A stretch of 60,627 nucleotides of DNA, filler included, from Circinaria calcarea (Eukaryota), in NCBI GenBank assembly GCA_051942165.1. It is 10 parts of 10 records of this genome, joined end to end, with 100 filler letters (N's around TTAATTAATTAA, not from the genome) between each part and the next. Parts side by side here need not be neighbours in the genome. Positions count along the whole stretch, not along the records: positions 1 to 5,987 come from JAVECS010001720.1; positions 6,088 to 12,069 come from JAVECS010001721.1; positions 12,170 to 18,151 come from JAVECS010001722.1; 7 more parts are not named here. One strand, written 5' to 3'. Shown one piece after another: positions 1 to 12,171 of the stretch. The notes under the pieces were generated by a model. The model made no database searches, was not told the DNA's origin, and was given only the letters and a program-made list of their open reading frames with translations. The translations under genes and the position numbers were made by a program. Every line of letters begins with the position of its first letter. Positions within the stretch are counted from its first letter, which is position 1.

Positions 1-204
1 TATCGGGGTGGGGGGGGGGCGATTCTAAATATCGCTCGGTGAAGGCTCGGGTTTGATTTCATCCGTTTTTATATAATGTCACGCATCTATTTGGTACGGG
101 GTCAATTATCCGGAATGTCCTACAGCTTTGGTCCCGGTCGGATCGTAGCTTTTTGTCTTTGTTCAGGGAGAGGGGTTATCCTTTTTGACTTGATATATAC
201 CCGT

Positions 205-1857
205 TCAAATCCTATTATTCAACCAGGGGTCTTCAAGAAGCTCTTTTGCTGTCTTCCTATGCTCTGGTGCCCATTGAAGCATAGAGGTCATGAAGTTTAA
301 AAAGAGCTCCTTTCTTTTCCCTTCGAGGCTTCCTTCTAATTGCTCTAGGCTAGTGCGATCCGGGATGGGCACAGTGTTCCGCCAGTTTCCTAAATACCCA
401 TGCTCAGCTGCCGGATTCATGAACATATCAATAAGACACCAACCATCGTCATCGAAGAACTCGGCGCTCCTTCTGCCACGTTTGACTAACTCTACAGGCG
501 GCGGCCCAATCAAGGCGATCATCTCTGCAAGATGGGCACGAGTTGAATATTCTTTCCTATCCGGGTCCCGGCCAGAGAATAGAGTCCTTCCTTCGAATAA
601 GTCCCATCTCTTTTCAACGTGAGCATTTCAATTTATTTTTGCGCATGGCTGTGAACTGCAACTTACCATAACGCCAACGTTCCATATGTCAATACTATAA
701 CTCCACTTCATTTCTAGCAGAACCTCCGGTGATCTATAGAGAGATGGCCCAGCTTTCCGCGTGTTATCAGCGTCCCCCTTCTCTGCGGATCCGAAATCTG
801 ACAGGATAGGTTCACCCGTAGGCGGCCATCCAAACAGCCGGGAGGCATAAACAATGGAGTCTTCAACCTGCTTGCGGGGCGACGGATGCTTCAGTTCCTG
901 ATCGACGAAGCTGTTAAGCATGGATCTGTCATCAATCTCCAACAGAATATTATTGGCGCTGATGTCTTTAAATGTCCATAATCAGCAAGAACCTGCAGCA
1001 GCATCACCAGCTTAGAATTATACCTGTATGGATAACTTTCCTATCTGTGTGCAAGTAATCCAGCGCTTGAAGCAGGCAATAGAGAGTGGCTCTAAGTAGC
1101 TGCTCTGTAAATTTCTGGCGGTAGGGATTCCGGACCATCATATCTCTTAAGCTACCCCAAAGTGGGATGTGGACAAGGCAATGATGTTCGCCTCCGGCTC
1201 TGGGTTTCTTGAAAGAGTCTAAAGCTGTCCTGACAAAGCGCTTCCCAATGTGATTTGGATTGCCTTTGCTAAGATGCTCATACATGTCGATTTCTCCATC
1301 ATTCTGATGGTCGCGTGTGAAGACTTTTAGGGCCACATGCCGATGAGCTCTGTGGCGGTATTAGCAAGGACCAAGTAACATTATCTAGTATTTTGACTAT
1401 TGATCTTCGATCCTCTCAATCCAAACAGTCTACATCACGCCTCTCAAGGTTGGGATTATGGTCCAGGGGCTTGAGGGCCAGCATTACGATAAAGAGACGA
1501 ACAAATTGCCGGGTCAGAGACCGGAACTGTGGAGCTATTCGCGTAACATATAATAGATCCGACGTTGGACATTGAACTCCAAAGAGCAGAATGAGAATCA
1601 ACTGCTTACTCCAAGTTTCGCGCTAACCAGACTGTCGACGAGACTCCAAACCCAAGCTTGCCAACAACCTGATATTTTGAAGCGAACACATCTCCTATGC
1701 GTACGGGGTAGTATTTCCCGGTCGTAAAGTCCTCGAATGCTTCCTCCTCCAGCTTTTGAGTGGCGCTGACAAACTCATAATTCGTGTTCAGGAAAGAGAT
1801 TGGTGGAGAAGGAGCTTTCCTAGTACAGTTTCTCACCCATCGTAAGATGGTAGTCAT
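205..1857 (-). CDS. Fungal SRPK-like (CMGC) serine/threonine protein kinase, 5 exons (1857-1610, 1349-1024, 965-667, 609-444, 389-205)
   Basis: Spliced frame gives YYPVRIGDVFASKYQVVGKLGFGVSSTVWLA, HVALKV, catalytic loop HTDISANNILL, LSDFG, YRSPEV, IDIWNVG, HLAEMIALIGPPP and MLQWAPEHRKTAKELLEDPWL. GT..AG introns keep the frame. Confidence 0.9.
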
Positions 1858-2812
1858 GGTTCGAGCCCTCGAAGACAACGTTCCAAAGGAGAGAATGTCC
1901 AGTGGTCTGGAAACAACGTCATGACAACTGAAGAAAAAGATATATGGAAGCGGTATATATTCGCTTACAAGCCGATACTAACCTCATCGGGTAATTAACC
2001 CTAGCACGGCGGGCGGCTTCCGATGCAAGTTTGGGAAGGAATTACACTAAGCAACACAGAATGCTCTGCAGATGTCGGAAGCCTCCTCGAGAGACGGAAG
2101 TGCCAAAGGCCTAGAACTATTGGAATTCCCGCCCTGACGCTGCTTCTTGTGGATGTCAACTCCACCCTTCGTGGAGGGTTTTGCACTCCAAGCGGTACCT
2201 ATTCACAACACCTACGCGTTCGACGTCCAATGTCCCAACAACTCCAGCCGAAGCGGAGGAATCGAAACAGAATCCTCACTTTGCGTTTCCATTCAACATT
2301 GAGCAGGATTAGCATATTTCCCCCTGTTTGAGGCATGTACCACTGGGTCACCTGGACGGGATTACACACCCTACGGCTCCATGTGAGATTACATCATGTC
2401 AACCTGACCGTACATTCGGTCTGATAAGAGAGGGGATTTTACTATTTCATTATCCTGTCAACCTTCCCAAGCACTGGGATCAGCAATCCAACATTGCCAA
2501 AATCCCCCACTTCCCAAACTCTAACTACCGGCCAGGCATTGCATCTATTGTAACTGGGTAGCACTCGGCCCGGATTCAGCCTTTATACAACCCTCACAAT
2601 TGGGGCGTTAAACCTACCAGTTCACCAAATTCGTGCCATGGGGACAAATTCCCCCATCTCTCGTCTTTGTAGATCTTCTCCTTCTTGCGAAAGTTTACGG
2701 TGTCACTTCCAGTGCCATCTCAATGACGATGGCCGTATGCAGATTTTACTGCATAACTTCCAGTGATGAGCGGCCGCATAAGGGAAAAAGCAAAGGCAAA
2801 CAACATAATCAC

Positions 2813-3361
2813 TCAACAATTATACTTTAGAAAGAGCCCTTCGCCGATCCCCTGCGGAACCGACATTGAGAGCGAGGTATTCGCAGCCGACATGCAAGCT
2901 CTGAAATATAGATTGCCGTTGCATGGAATAGTGCCAATAGGGACGTTGCTAACATTAGACCATAATTCCGCAGCTCCGATATAGTTGCCCATGCTTGGAG
3001 CATCGTTCCAACAGCAGGTGGGAGATATCGCATCCTGCAACTCCCATATAGCGACTGCGTGACTGTCGGGGACGAATGCACGAGACCGTGAAGGGAGATC
3101 AAGTTCGAGCTTGCACCCATAAGAGTTTTCGGGTATGGAAAAAGCCAAGAGACAATCGGTCTGGTTGCGTGGCTCCTGCCTCAAGATGATCTGTTTCGAC
3201 TGATTGAGGTAAGTTTGAGGAGGGGCCGAGTAAATAGGTACAATCAGCGAAGGGAAAGCCACCGTACAGGTGCCTAATGACCTTGAGGGATAGTGTCGAG
3301 GAGCCCCAGTGCACCAATTGAACGGGAGGAGTATGAAGAGCCAAAACAAGAGAAGGCTCAT
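2813..3361 (-). CDS. Secreted Cys-containing protein resembling the But2 C-terminal domain family (182 aa)
   Basis: Hydrophobic signal peptide MSLLLFWLFILLPFNWCTGA; motif LLAFSIPENSYGCKLEL; C-terminal GLFLKYNC. Confidence 0.7.
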   Translation of the reverse strand: MSLLLFWLFILLPFNWCTGAPRHYPSRSLGTCTVAFPSLIVPIYSAPPQTYLNQSKQIILRQEPRNQTDCLLAFSIPENSYGCKLELDLPSRSRAFVPDSHAVAIWELQDAISPTCCWNDAPSMGNYIGAAELWSNVSNVPIGTIPCNGNLYFRACMSAANTSLSMSVPQGIGEGLFLKYNC

Positions 3362-3912
3362 CCACTAGCGAAAAAAACGTGCAAACTTTCTTGGGGCTCA
3401 ATAACCGCTGATCACAAACCTTCGGTCAGCTGATCGCCCGGGATTCGTGAAAGCTTAAGGGGAGGTTGCACAACATGGGACCGTAGAGCGGCTTTTATAA
3501 TGTGCCAACCCTTCAACCACTCCGATACAGGACTGACAAAGTATCTTATGACATTAACATTGGGACCTCATAAGAGACTCAGACTGATTTCAGTATTGGT
3601 CACACGGATCATGTTTATCGTTGCCAAGCAGGCTCTTTTGGCATGTTTGCCACTTGTCAGTGCGGCCCGGAGCCGTTTTCTGATCTTGACAAAAGACACT
3701 TCCTGTTAGCGAAGGCGGCAGAGATGCAGTATTCGAAATTATCGGTCCTCTCTGGTTTTGCTGTACCACTAGCCGGCTGCAAAACACTGTATACTTTGAG
3801 ATCATACGTGTAGAACACGATAGATTAGACCTTTTTTGCATAGACACAAAATATACACATGATATCCACTCATCCAAGTCTTTTAGAAACATCATATCAT
3901 ACCTAGATCTCT

Positions 3913-4940
3913 TCATCCCCCTTCCTCCCTCTTCATCCTTCGGCTCTCCACCAAAGTTCTTATCAATTCCAACGCCACCGTCCTTCCCTTGAGCAAATCC
4001 TCCCCTTCCGCTTCCCCGGGGACATGTAGAAACATTACCGGTCTCTCGCCCTTCGGATCCCGCCGCCAGTACTCGACCAGGCCGGTGTAGTAGATGAAAT
4101 CGCAGAGATAATGGCCGGCATCATCCGACTGGCGAATATCTTCCTCCTACACATTGCCGAAGCAGAATTAGCATAGCCCTTCATTTCATCTTCCGCCCTT
4201 AACCCTATCCCTTTTGTATATTAGACGAGAACGAGAAAAGAAACCCCCCCACCCCACTTTTTCTCTCAGACTCACCAACAACCTCGCCTTGACTTTCTTC
4301 AACACCTCCCCAACCGGAAACCCCGTTTCCAGCACCTCCGGCGCACCCTGATACGCTCCCCCCTGCCACAGCTCATCCCCCTCCATCGTTTTCCCATCCA
4401 CATCTCTCCCCGCATACCCATCCCGATGCGCCCGGCTCTCGAGCGTGAAGAACTTCCGCCCCGAGGCCATGCCGATGAACAGTACGATGTCGAAATTGGG
4501 TTGTTCTTTCTCCTTCCCTTTTCCTCCATTGTCTCCGTCTTCGTGGGTGGCGGATGAGGGAGGGGGGTTTTCTTCAGGCGGAGGAAGAGGAGGGAATAAT
4601 AGCAAAGGGATCAGAGCGCGGACGGTCTGGTAGGATACGCGTATGGGCGTCGGGTGGGCGTGGATGTGGACTTGGAGGCGTTGGTGTGGGAAGTACATTG
4701 GTATATGGTGGGGCAGGGAGGTGGCGATACGGTGGGAAGGGTTGTTGGTGTGGGCACCGAAGGCCTGTTGGGGAGCGAGATGTAAGCCCAGCGTTCGCAG
4801 CCTTTTGGCTGGCGGAGAGAAAGAGTAAAGAAAGGAGTGAAAAAGGAAGAGCAGACACCGAATCCAGTAACGAGGATATGGACCTCGGGGTCCGCGGTGG
4901 AGGTTTCCGGGGAGGGGGGTTCGGGATCGCGGGAGCCCAT
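3913..4940 (-). CDS. Pyroglutamyl peptidase I (peptidase C15), 3 exons (4940-4857, 4764-4276, 4146-3913)
   Basis: ILVTGFG-AFGAHTNNPS, TLESRAHRDGY, SDDAGHYLCDFIYY (catalytic Cys) and FLHVP (catalytic His); stop TGA at 3915-3913. Confidence 0.9.
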
Positions 4941-5987
4941 TGTTGCTGTCAGCTTTGTGGGGATGGTAGGGATGAAGGAGAAGATGAGTATGGAGAGAGG
5001 TGGGATAGGAAGGAGAGGGTTTAATGGATAAGTTTGCGGGGAGGCGGGGCCTCGGGGCCCCCAAAGCGTCGGGTAAGTCGAATAGTAGGAAAGGGGATGT
5101 GGAGAAGAACTCCGGCGGAGACGAAAAGGATCTTATCTTATGACATCTTCAAATTCATATCAGCACAAAGATAGGACGAGTTTGCTCTGACTCATATCGA
5201 TTCGTGTGACACAACGCTTTTTCCTTTGGATTGAAGAAAGTAGTTTGCTGGCAAGCAGGCTTTCTTTCCGGTCTGATGTATTTCTTCACCCACGGGCGTT
5301 CTTCCTTTGACCGTAAGGGTAATCGTGGTCGAAAAAACATCAAAAGCGTGGTTACGATAGGAATTCTTGGGAAAGGCAAAGTCTGGGTTCATTTTGTTAT
5401 TTTACATATCAAGTACTATTTAAATTATATCCTCCGTATTTTCCATTATAATTCTCTAGCGAATCGATTTCTATTCTTGTTGTTTACCTCTTTACTCTAG
5501 CCCCTTTCTTCTATTATCATTATACACTTACTAATTATCTCCCTTTCCCTTTCCCTTTCCCTACACATCCTATACCTCGAACCAGCTACATCACCATATT
5601 ACCCCAATTCCAAAACCCCTATACCTTGAGTTGCCCAAGTATCCTTCTTAAACCCCCTACCTCCCCCTAGATTTCTTAGCACAACTGTTTACAGCAAAGA
5701 GGGCTTTTCCCTTTCGCTTTCCGCTTCAATCCCAACAACTAGAAATGCCAGCTCGATGAGCGTCGAAATTGCTTCATCTCCCTATCTCCCAATTTTACCC
5801 CTCCTAATCACCCAAAAATCTCATCCTCTCCAACCGATATCCCATCAGGATCTTCTTCAGTCCTCAACGGAGCTTTTCATCCATTCGATTGCCAATCGTC
5901 ACCAAAACCGCCAAGAAAGCTAGAACCAGCCTCAAACTCCCGTAAGAAAGCACAGAGAAAAGAAAAAGGGGGGGGGGGGGGGGGGGG

Positions 5988-6087
5988 NNNNNNNNNNNNN
6001 NNNNNNNNNNNNNNNNNNNNNNNNNNNNNNNTTAATTAATTAANNNNNNNNNNNNNNNNNNNNNNNNNNNNNNNNNNNNNNNNNNNN
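5988..6087. other. Artificial contig spacer N44-TTAATTAATTAA-N44
   Basis: Identical 100-bp linker with stop codons in all six frames; preceded by a G20 run. Confidence 0.98.
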
Positions 6088-6091
6088 AAAC

Positions 6092-7022
6092 CTACATCAT
6101 CCCTACAGCCAACACTCCCGCTCCCATCCCTAATACCTTCCCGACCATCGTCCTCATGGGCGCCGCCGCACCTGTAAATACCGAGGTAGCGGTTGATGTC
6201 GTCAGGGTTCCCATACCGATTGTCCCCGTCCAGATCGCGTAGGATGAGCTTGGGGACGGGAGAGTGGTGAGGAAACTTGAGGGTGGGGAGGCGGTGCCTG
6301 TTTGGGCGGATGGAGAGGAGGAGGGGGATGCAGGGGAAGGAGACGATGAAGGCGTGGCGAATGTAGAGGAAGTAGGTGAGGGAAATGGGGTGGTCGTTGA
6401 TGTGGTTGTTGTTGTTGTTGTGGATGAGGTTGACGAGACGGTGGTCGAAGTTGCCGAGTGAGCGGAGCTGATGGGCGGGAATATCGGAAACGGTGCTCCG
6501 GCATCGGGATAGACTGTACCTTGAAAAGAACACGCTGCGTCGCCTGCTGAGGGGGAAGATTGATAGCCTATTCTCTTGCGGATCAGCCGATCTGTTCTGT
6601 AGATATCGTAAGAAGGGCGACAGACATGCAGCTATTAATTTCAATCCGACGGGTGGAACGCCTTTGAGACTATTGAACGGGTTAGCTTCTAGGGTATTTT
6701 GGACCGGTGATTCTAACAAGGAAAATTGGGAAGAGTTGGGAGCTGTTACTTTTCATTGCAATTTCCCTCCGCACCAACTCCTCCGGTACAGCGGATGATG
6801 AGGTCGGAGACCAGGGAGGCCGCGACGCAGTAACTGCCACGAGGGACCAGGCACGTGTAGGAGGAAGTTGTGGTGTTGCTGTGGGTGTTAGTAGAGTAAG
6901 GGATGGGAGAGTGGGGACGGGGAGCGATTGGGGCATGGGAGTGGGAGAAAGTACTATATAATTTGAGCCTGGACGAGACAGAGGGAGGTGGAGAGGAGTG
7001 GGAGGAAGGCGGCGAGCTTCAT
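6092..7022 (-). CDS. Secreted Cys-rich, Ser/Thr-rich, probably GPI-anchored cell-surface protein, 4 exons
   Basis: Signal peptide MKLAAFLPLLSTSLCLVQA. Spliced six-Cys domain YTCLVPRGSYCVAASLVSDLIIRCTGGVGAEGNCNENLKGVPPVGLKLIAACYQSSPSAGDAACSFQG. S/T-rich stalk, then hydrophobic tail FTGAAAPMRTMVGKVLGMGAGVLAVGMM*. Confidence 0.75.
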
Positions 7023-7920
7023 GGCGATGTCTCAAACGTGGGATTCAGAGGAAAGCAACAATGGCACGATGCTTCATGGATGGGCAAAGGAAACGAAGAT
7101 CGAAGACAACAACAATGAACGATGGTGGAGGAAGACAAAACAGAGCATGGCGTCTTCATGGACATATTTCTCCCCCGGATAGCTCGGTTCATCTCATCTT
7201 CGATGATCTGCATGGAGCTTTGAAGCTCTCCGAAGCTATCCTGGTATGTCTTCATCTTGCAGACGCGATTTGGCGACCTCACGCTGGGACCTTCTTGGCG
7301 TAAATTGGATCTGTGGTGTTGGGGTGCGAGAAATTACTTGGTTCATGACATGTAGAAACTCGAGGTAAATTTCAAGGTTGTACCGTCGCACGGATGTCAT
7401 CTCAAATGCGGAAAAGAGTGTCTGGATACTGCCGGTTCTTTGGATTCTCGAAATCCGGGGAAACGGAGATGTAGTGTAACATAATCCACGAGGAGCTGCA
7501 AAGTCGGGGACCTGCGTCGTTGCATGAAACACATGGAGTTCAGCATGCTAAGTTCGAATGCACGTCATTTCATCTCCAATACCTATGCCAATGTGCGTCT
7601 CTGGCGGGTGTTGGTAGCAGGGGAAAGCTTGGTGTTCTCGTAGTAGCTCGGTGGTGGGTCTTGGTGGATCGTTCTTTACTCCCCGTCTTTAAGCCCATTC
7701 ATAATACTCTGCCGTCTGGAGGAGATGCTTATCACCAAATTGACTATGTACTTGAGGAGTAGTATGCGGCTGACACCCTCGGTGGTATCCATCTCGGAGC
7801 TATCGTAGCACAGTCCTCATAATCTTCCTCCGCTGCTCTTCGTTCCTTGTCGCATATCGCAACCAGCCCCGGCAGCTTCATCCGAGAATCTCATACTGTC
7901 AATTCGCCGGCTTCTGAAAC

Positions 7921-9058
7921 ATAGTGTACAACTCCCAGATTTCCTTTACGCTTTACATCATCTGTCTGTGGTATGTGCTTTGGCTTATACTAACATCGGG
8001 GCTTACCCTACTTTGTCTGCCGGGACGTATCTCGCTAAAAGGAGGTATGATGAAGTAGTTGCTCCGAATGCGATGTCTTCGCTGTCTGATGGAGACGAAT
8101 CTTCGTTTGCAAGCTTGACGAAGGTGAGTATGTGTTCGTATCTATGTCTTCCATGTCAATATTATCTTATTCCTCTATCCTCCCATCGAACTCGTTCATT
8201 GGGATCAATTTCATAGTTCACTTCACTGAGACACTTCGCCTCGTTCCTCCCCAGGATACTAACGCATCCGCCGTCAAGCTCTCCGGCAATTCCACTCTAC
8301 CCCCGCTTCCAAGGATGTCTCCTTTACCGTCAAGTACTTTCCCTATCAACTTCACCCGGAAGCTAGCCAAGAAGGCGAAGACAAATACCAATGGTACGTA
8401 TCCTGCGATTCTGTCTCGCCTCGTCGGGAGTTATCCGATCAAGGCCCTTGACTTTCCTCGTGGCTAAGCTAAGCTGATACTTTGGACAGATACAAGGAAT
8501 CCAAATTTGGCAACTCGGAAGCGAAGATGAAGATGTACACCACTACTCTCATGTCCGTCTACGGTATTACAGCAGGCTACTACTACCGCTTTGACGGCTT
8601 GGTGGCAAAATACTCTACATGCTCATCGCTTGATACAATATTATCAAGGGAAAAGGGGGCCACGGGGTTACGATTGAGATTATTGATTGTGCGCATACCC
8701 CCGGCTCCCTATTGGTTCTGTATTGGCTTTCGCAAGGAAACTTGGCTGATCAATACTCTACCTACTGCTCTACACGCAGTACTACGAACACGGCCACCAT
8801 CCTTCTTCCCTAAGCACCTTGTTGACGGCAGCAACTGCTGCCGGGATGTCTGAAAAGGAGGCGCGCACATTCATCGGTAACAAGGAAGAAGGAATGCAGA
8901 ACGTGAAGCAATTGATTCGGATACAGGCCTTAAACGGGATCGATAGCGTATCGTATGTCATCTTTGAAGGAAAGCGGAGGGGCTTTACGCTCAAAGGGGC
9001 GAAGGAGGCAGAGGACTATTTAAAAGTTTTTGGTCAGGTGGCAAAGGAGAGTTCTTGA
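7921..9058 (+). pseudogene. DsbA/FrnE-like (DSBA thioredoxin-domain) pseudogene
   Basis: Recognisable segments SQISFTLYIICLW, TYLAKRR, VSFTVKYFPYQLHPEAS, NTLHAHRLIQYYQ and NGIDSVSYVIFEGKRRGFTLKGAKE. Lesions: ATA at the expected start, CGG and CAA at two acceptors, a TG|A stop across an intron, and frameshifts near 8610 and 8662. Confidence 0.8.
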
Positions 9059-10599
9059 GCTGGCGTATTGTATGCACTCTTCTCAATCCCAGTGTCGCAC
9101 CCTAACAGGCATAGCTTAGCTTGAGGCTGGTAAGGAGTTAGGAGCCAAAATAGCCGAGCTTCTCCTTTGACATTCACATATATCTCCTGCCAGCTGAATA
9201 GACCCGGTTCTCCTCGAGTTGTGAGCGTTCAATACCCTGGATCAACTCATCAGACATTCTGAACTGTCACGAAGTCTGGGGACTGAAGCAGGGAAAAAGT
9301 CCCACCAGTCGCTATCCAGCACCATACGTAACGTTCCAAAGCAAGGCTCCGGAACTGGAATTCCCCTACTAGACATAACACTACCGCACAATGGAAGCCT
9401 ATCTCTAGCAAGCTACATGGTAAGCTACATGGCTGGGATTGTCTTGTCGGTTGTATTCCGGCCCTGGTGCGGGATGGGATGAGTTGCTGCAGTTTCAGGA
9501 GAGCGCTTCTGGCTATGCATAATTGCAAGTCAGCAGCCTTCTTCGGTAAAGGTTATTGGACAGATACCAGCTCCCCTCTTTCAGGGGCAAGTCTGGAGGA
9601 TTAACTCGATGTGGACAGCCTCCTCTCGCAAGCTTACGGAGACAATGCTCAACATGGCTGATTAGAAAGCTGATCGAGGAGATAGGCCTACGCGAAAAGA
9701 ATGGATAGATAGCTTTCAATATCTGCCTAAATGCATCTGTTTTTCAACTTATCCAAACTACTTCGGTCAGAATGATGATTCACCATGATGTATTTAATAT
9801 TTTAGAGGGTGTCTTCATGCAAATGTACACCGTAGCAAAATTCCTAGATCGTCGTGGCTCTGAAGCATAGAAGATTTTGGCGGTATCCAGAACCTGATTG
9901 TGCGGTTATACCAGCTCCTGTTGCAGAGTGAATAGAGATCAGAGGATATTTACATAGAGGGAGTTACCATGGCTCACTCCTCCTTTCATAGCTTTTCTAT
10001 ATAAGATGTGCTCCGTAGGCCTTCATTGTCCATGGAAACGACAGCCTGTTGGACGTAATTCTCAGATGACTGCTTTACCTTAGTACCCAGAGAATGATGG
10101 CGAGCTCTCCCGATACTCTGTAGCGCAGGAGGGTACTCGATGGGAATTCCCCACGCGCTCAGCAATGGCATCGAGTCACGATCGTTGTGCTCCCTGGGAT
10201 CATCCAGGAGAGTCGAGTAGTAACAGCGGGGCCTAGGATCCCGAGGATAGGTTTGGATTAGATTGATTTACTCTGGGCCTGTGGTGAGAAATGAGCAGCG
10301 GAACCTAAAGCTTGGGGCATAAGCTTACAATGGTAACCCTAAGTCCAGCAGCATCCAAGCCCTATGGTCAGGCGAGCACTACGGTGACCGAGTACCATAA
10401 CAGTGGTTGGGTGGAATGCTCTTTTGGACACCGCCGTAGAAGTTGGAATCTAAAGACATGTGAAGGCGATGGCGCGTCTCGGTGAACGTCACTGTTGGTT
10501 GCTCGACTAACCCGAACTCCCGTTTATATCTATGTATCTAGTACGACTACTTTCCTAGATATATAGTATGATAGTCAGCGTACTCGATTGATGAGGCTC

Positions 10600-12069
10600 A
10601 TGGACGAGTACACACCAGATGCGTTTGCAAACAGGGACGAGCCGATACCAGCCATTAATGTCTCAGCCAGCAGCGGCACATCGGGTGTATCATCTGACAG
10701 CGAGAGCAAACGTAGCCGACTCAAGAATCTAATACCGTCGCCGAAATTGAAGAAAAAGACACAAGATGCAACCTCCGATGCGGGCGAGTCTGGTCACTCG
10801 TTGCAAGACCGCCTTTTCGCCAAGTAAGCTGGATGAGCAAGCTTTCCTTTAAGAGATGGCATGCTAAGAGGAGACATAGAATTCTACAGCAAGTCATTCC
10901 CGCCGAGGATATGAGGGATAACGGCGACGATGCTCAGGATACACGGTCGCCGAGATATATCAGCCGCCCTGGCTTCAGCCTCCCACTGATGACATATAAC
11001 TTTCGGCGGTTCAACGCCAGGTATGAAGACTACGGCTTCCCCTTTACCAGCTCATGCTGACCTTTTCATTCAAGGATCGGTGTCGTATTTGTCTTTCAAA
11101 ATCGCCTCATCCGTCTCTTGAGCTGGAGAACCCCCTCTCATACTCTTTCGTTTTTCATGATATATACCTTTATTTGCCTTAACCCCTATCTAATCCCTCT
11201 TATACCAATAATCATAACCCTCTTCTTCCTCCTCGTCCCCGCCTACTTAAGCCGACATCCTCCTCCTCCAACCCCCAGCCATACATACTCAATTGGCGGT
11301 CCCCCACTCGCCCCTCCACGAACCATCAAGCCCGCCTCGGAAATGTCCAAAGATTTTTTCCGCAACATGCGTGATCTCCAAAATAGCATGCACGACTTTT
11401 CTACCATCCATGACGCCTTGATTGCTTCCATAACACCCTCTACGAACTTCTCAAACGAACCTCTCTCCTCCACAATCTTCCTCTTTCTCTTTGTCATAGC
11501 CTGTCTCCTCTTCATAACATCTCATCTCCTCCCATGGCGCTTTATCGCACTCCTTTCCGGCTGGGCAGCCATCCTTCTCGGCCACCCGACCATCCAAGAT
11601 CTCGCCTCCCAAAATACCTACAAAGATCACGTCCGCCCTGCATCCGATACCGCGCATTCCTGGCTCGATAGATGGATCGCATCAGATATCATCCTGGACA
11701 GTGCCCCCGAGATCCGCGAAGTTGAGATTTTCGAACTCCAGCGCCGAACCGGCCTTCCCTCCCTCCCCTCCTCTCCCTCCTCCAACCTAGTTTCCGAATA
11801 CGAAAGCTGGGTCTTCAGCCCCATTCCCTGGGAACCACTTGCCCCGGCCCGAGTGGCAGGTGAGAGGGTAAAAGGCACCCGGTTTTTCGAAGACGTCCAA
11901 CCGCCCCGGGGATGGGAGTGGGAAAGCAAGAAATGGGAGTTGGACCTAGGGGCGAGGGAATGGGTCGAGGAGCGGATTGTAGGCGGGGTGGAAGTGGAGG
12001 TTGAGGGGGAGAGATGGGTGTATGATTTGGATGGGGAGTGGAGGCGGAGGAGGTGGGTGAGGATGGTGA
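10600..12069 (+). CDS. Pex24/Pex28/Pex29-family integral peroxisomal membrane peroxin, 3' end lost at contig break
   Basis: MDEYTPDAFANRDEP start, FSLPLMTYNFRRFNAR, LSWRTPSHT, SKDFFRNMRDLQNSM, EVEIFELQ and dysferlin-like WRRRRWVR. Introns at about 10824-10879 and 11022-11074. Confidence 0.9.
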
Positions 12070-12169
12070 NNNNNNNNNNNNNNNNNNNNNNNNNNNNNNN
12101 NNNNNNNNNNNNNTTAATTAATTAANNNNNNNNNNNNNNNNNNNNNNNNNNNNNNNNNNNNNNNNNNNN
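12070..12169. other. Artificial contig spacer
   Basis: N44-TTAATTAATTAA-N44. Confidence 0.98.
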
Positions 12170-12171
12170 AT

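Noticed and set aside
9100..10170. Possible decayed kinase-like gene on the minus strand (TCNYA*PEAL resembles a YxxPE motif)
   Set aside because: Too many stops and no convincing HRD or DFG motif; unsupportable without a translated search.
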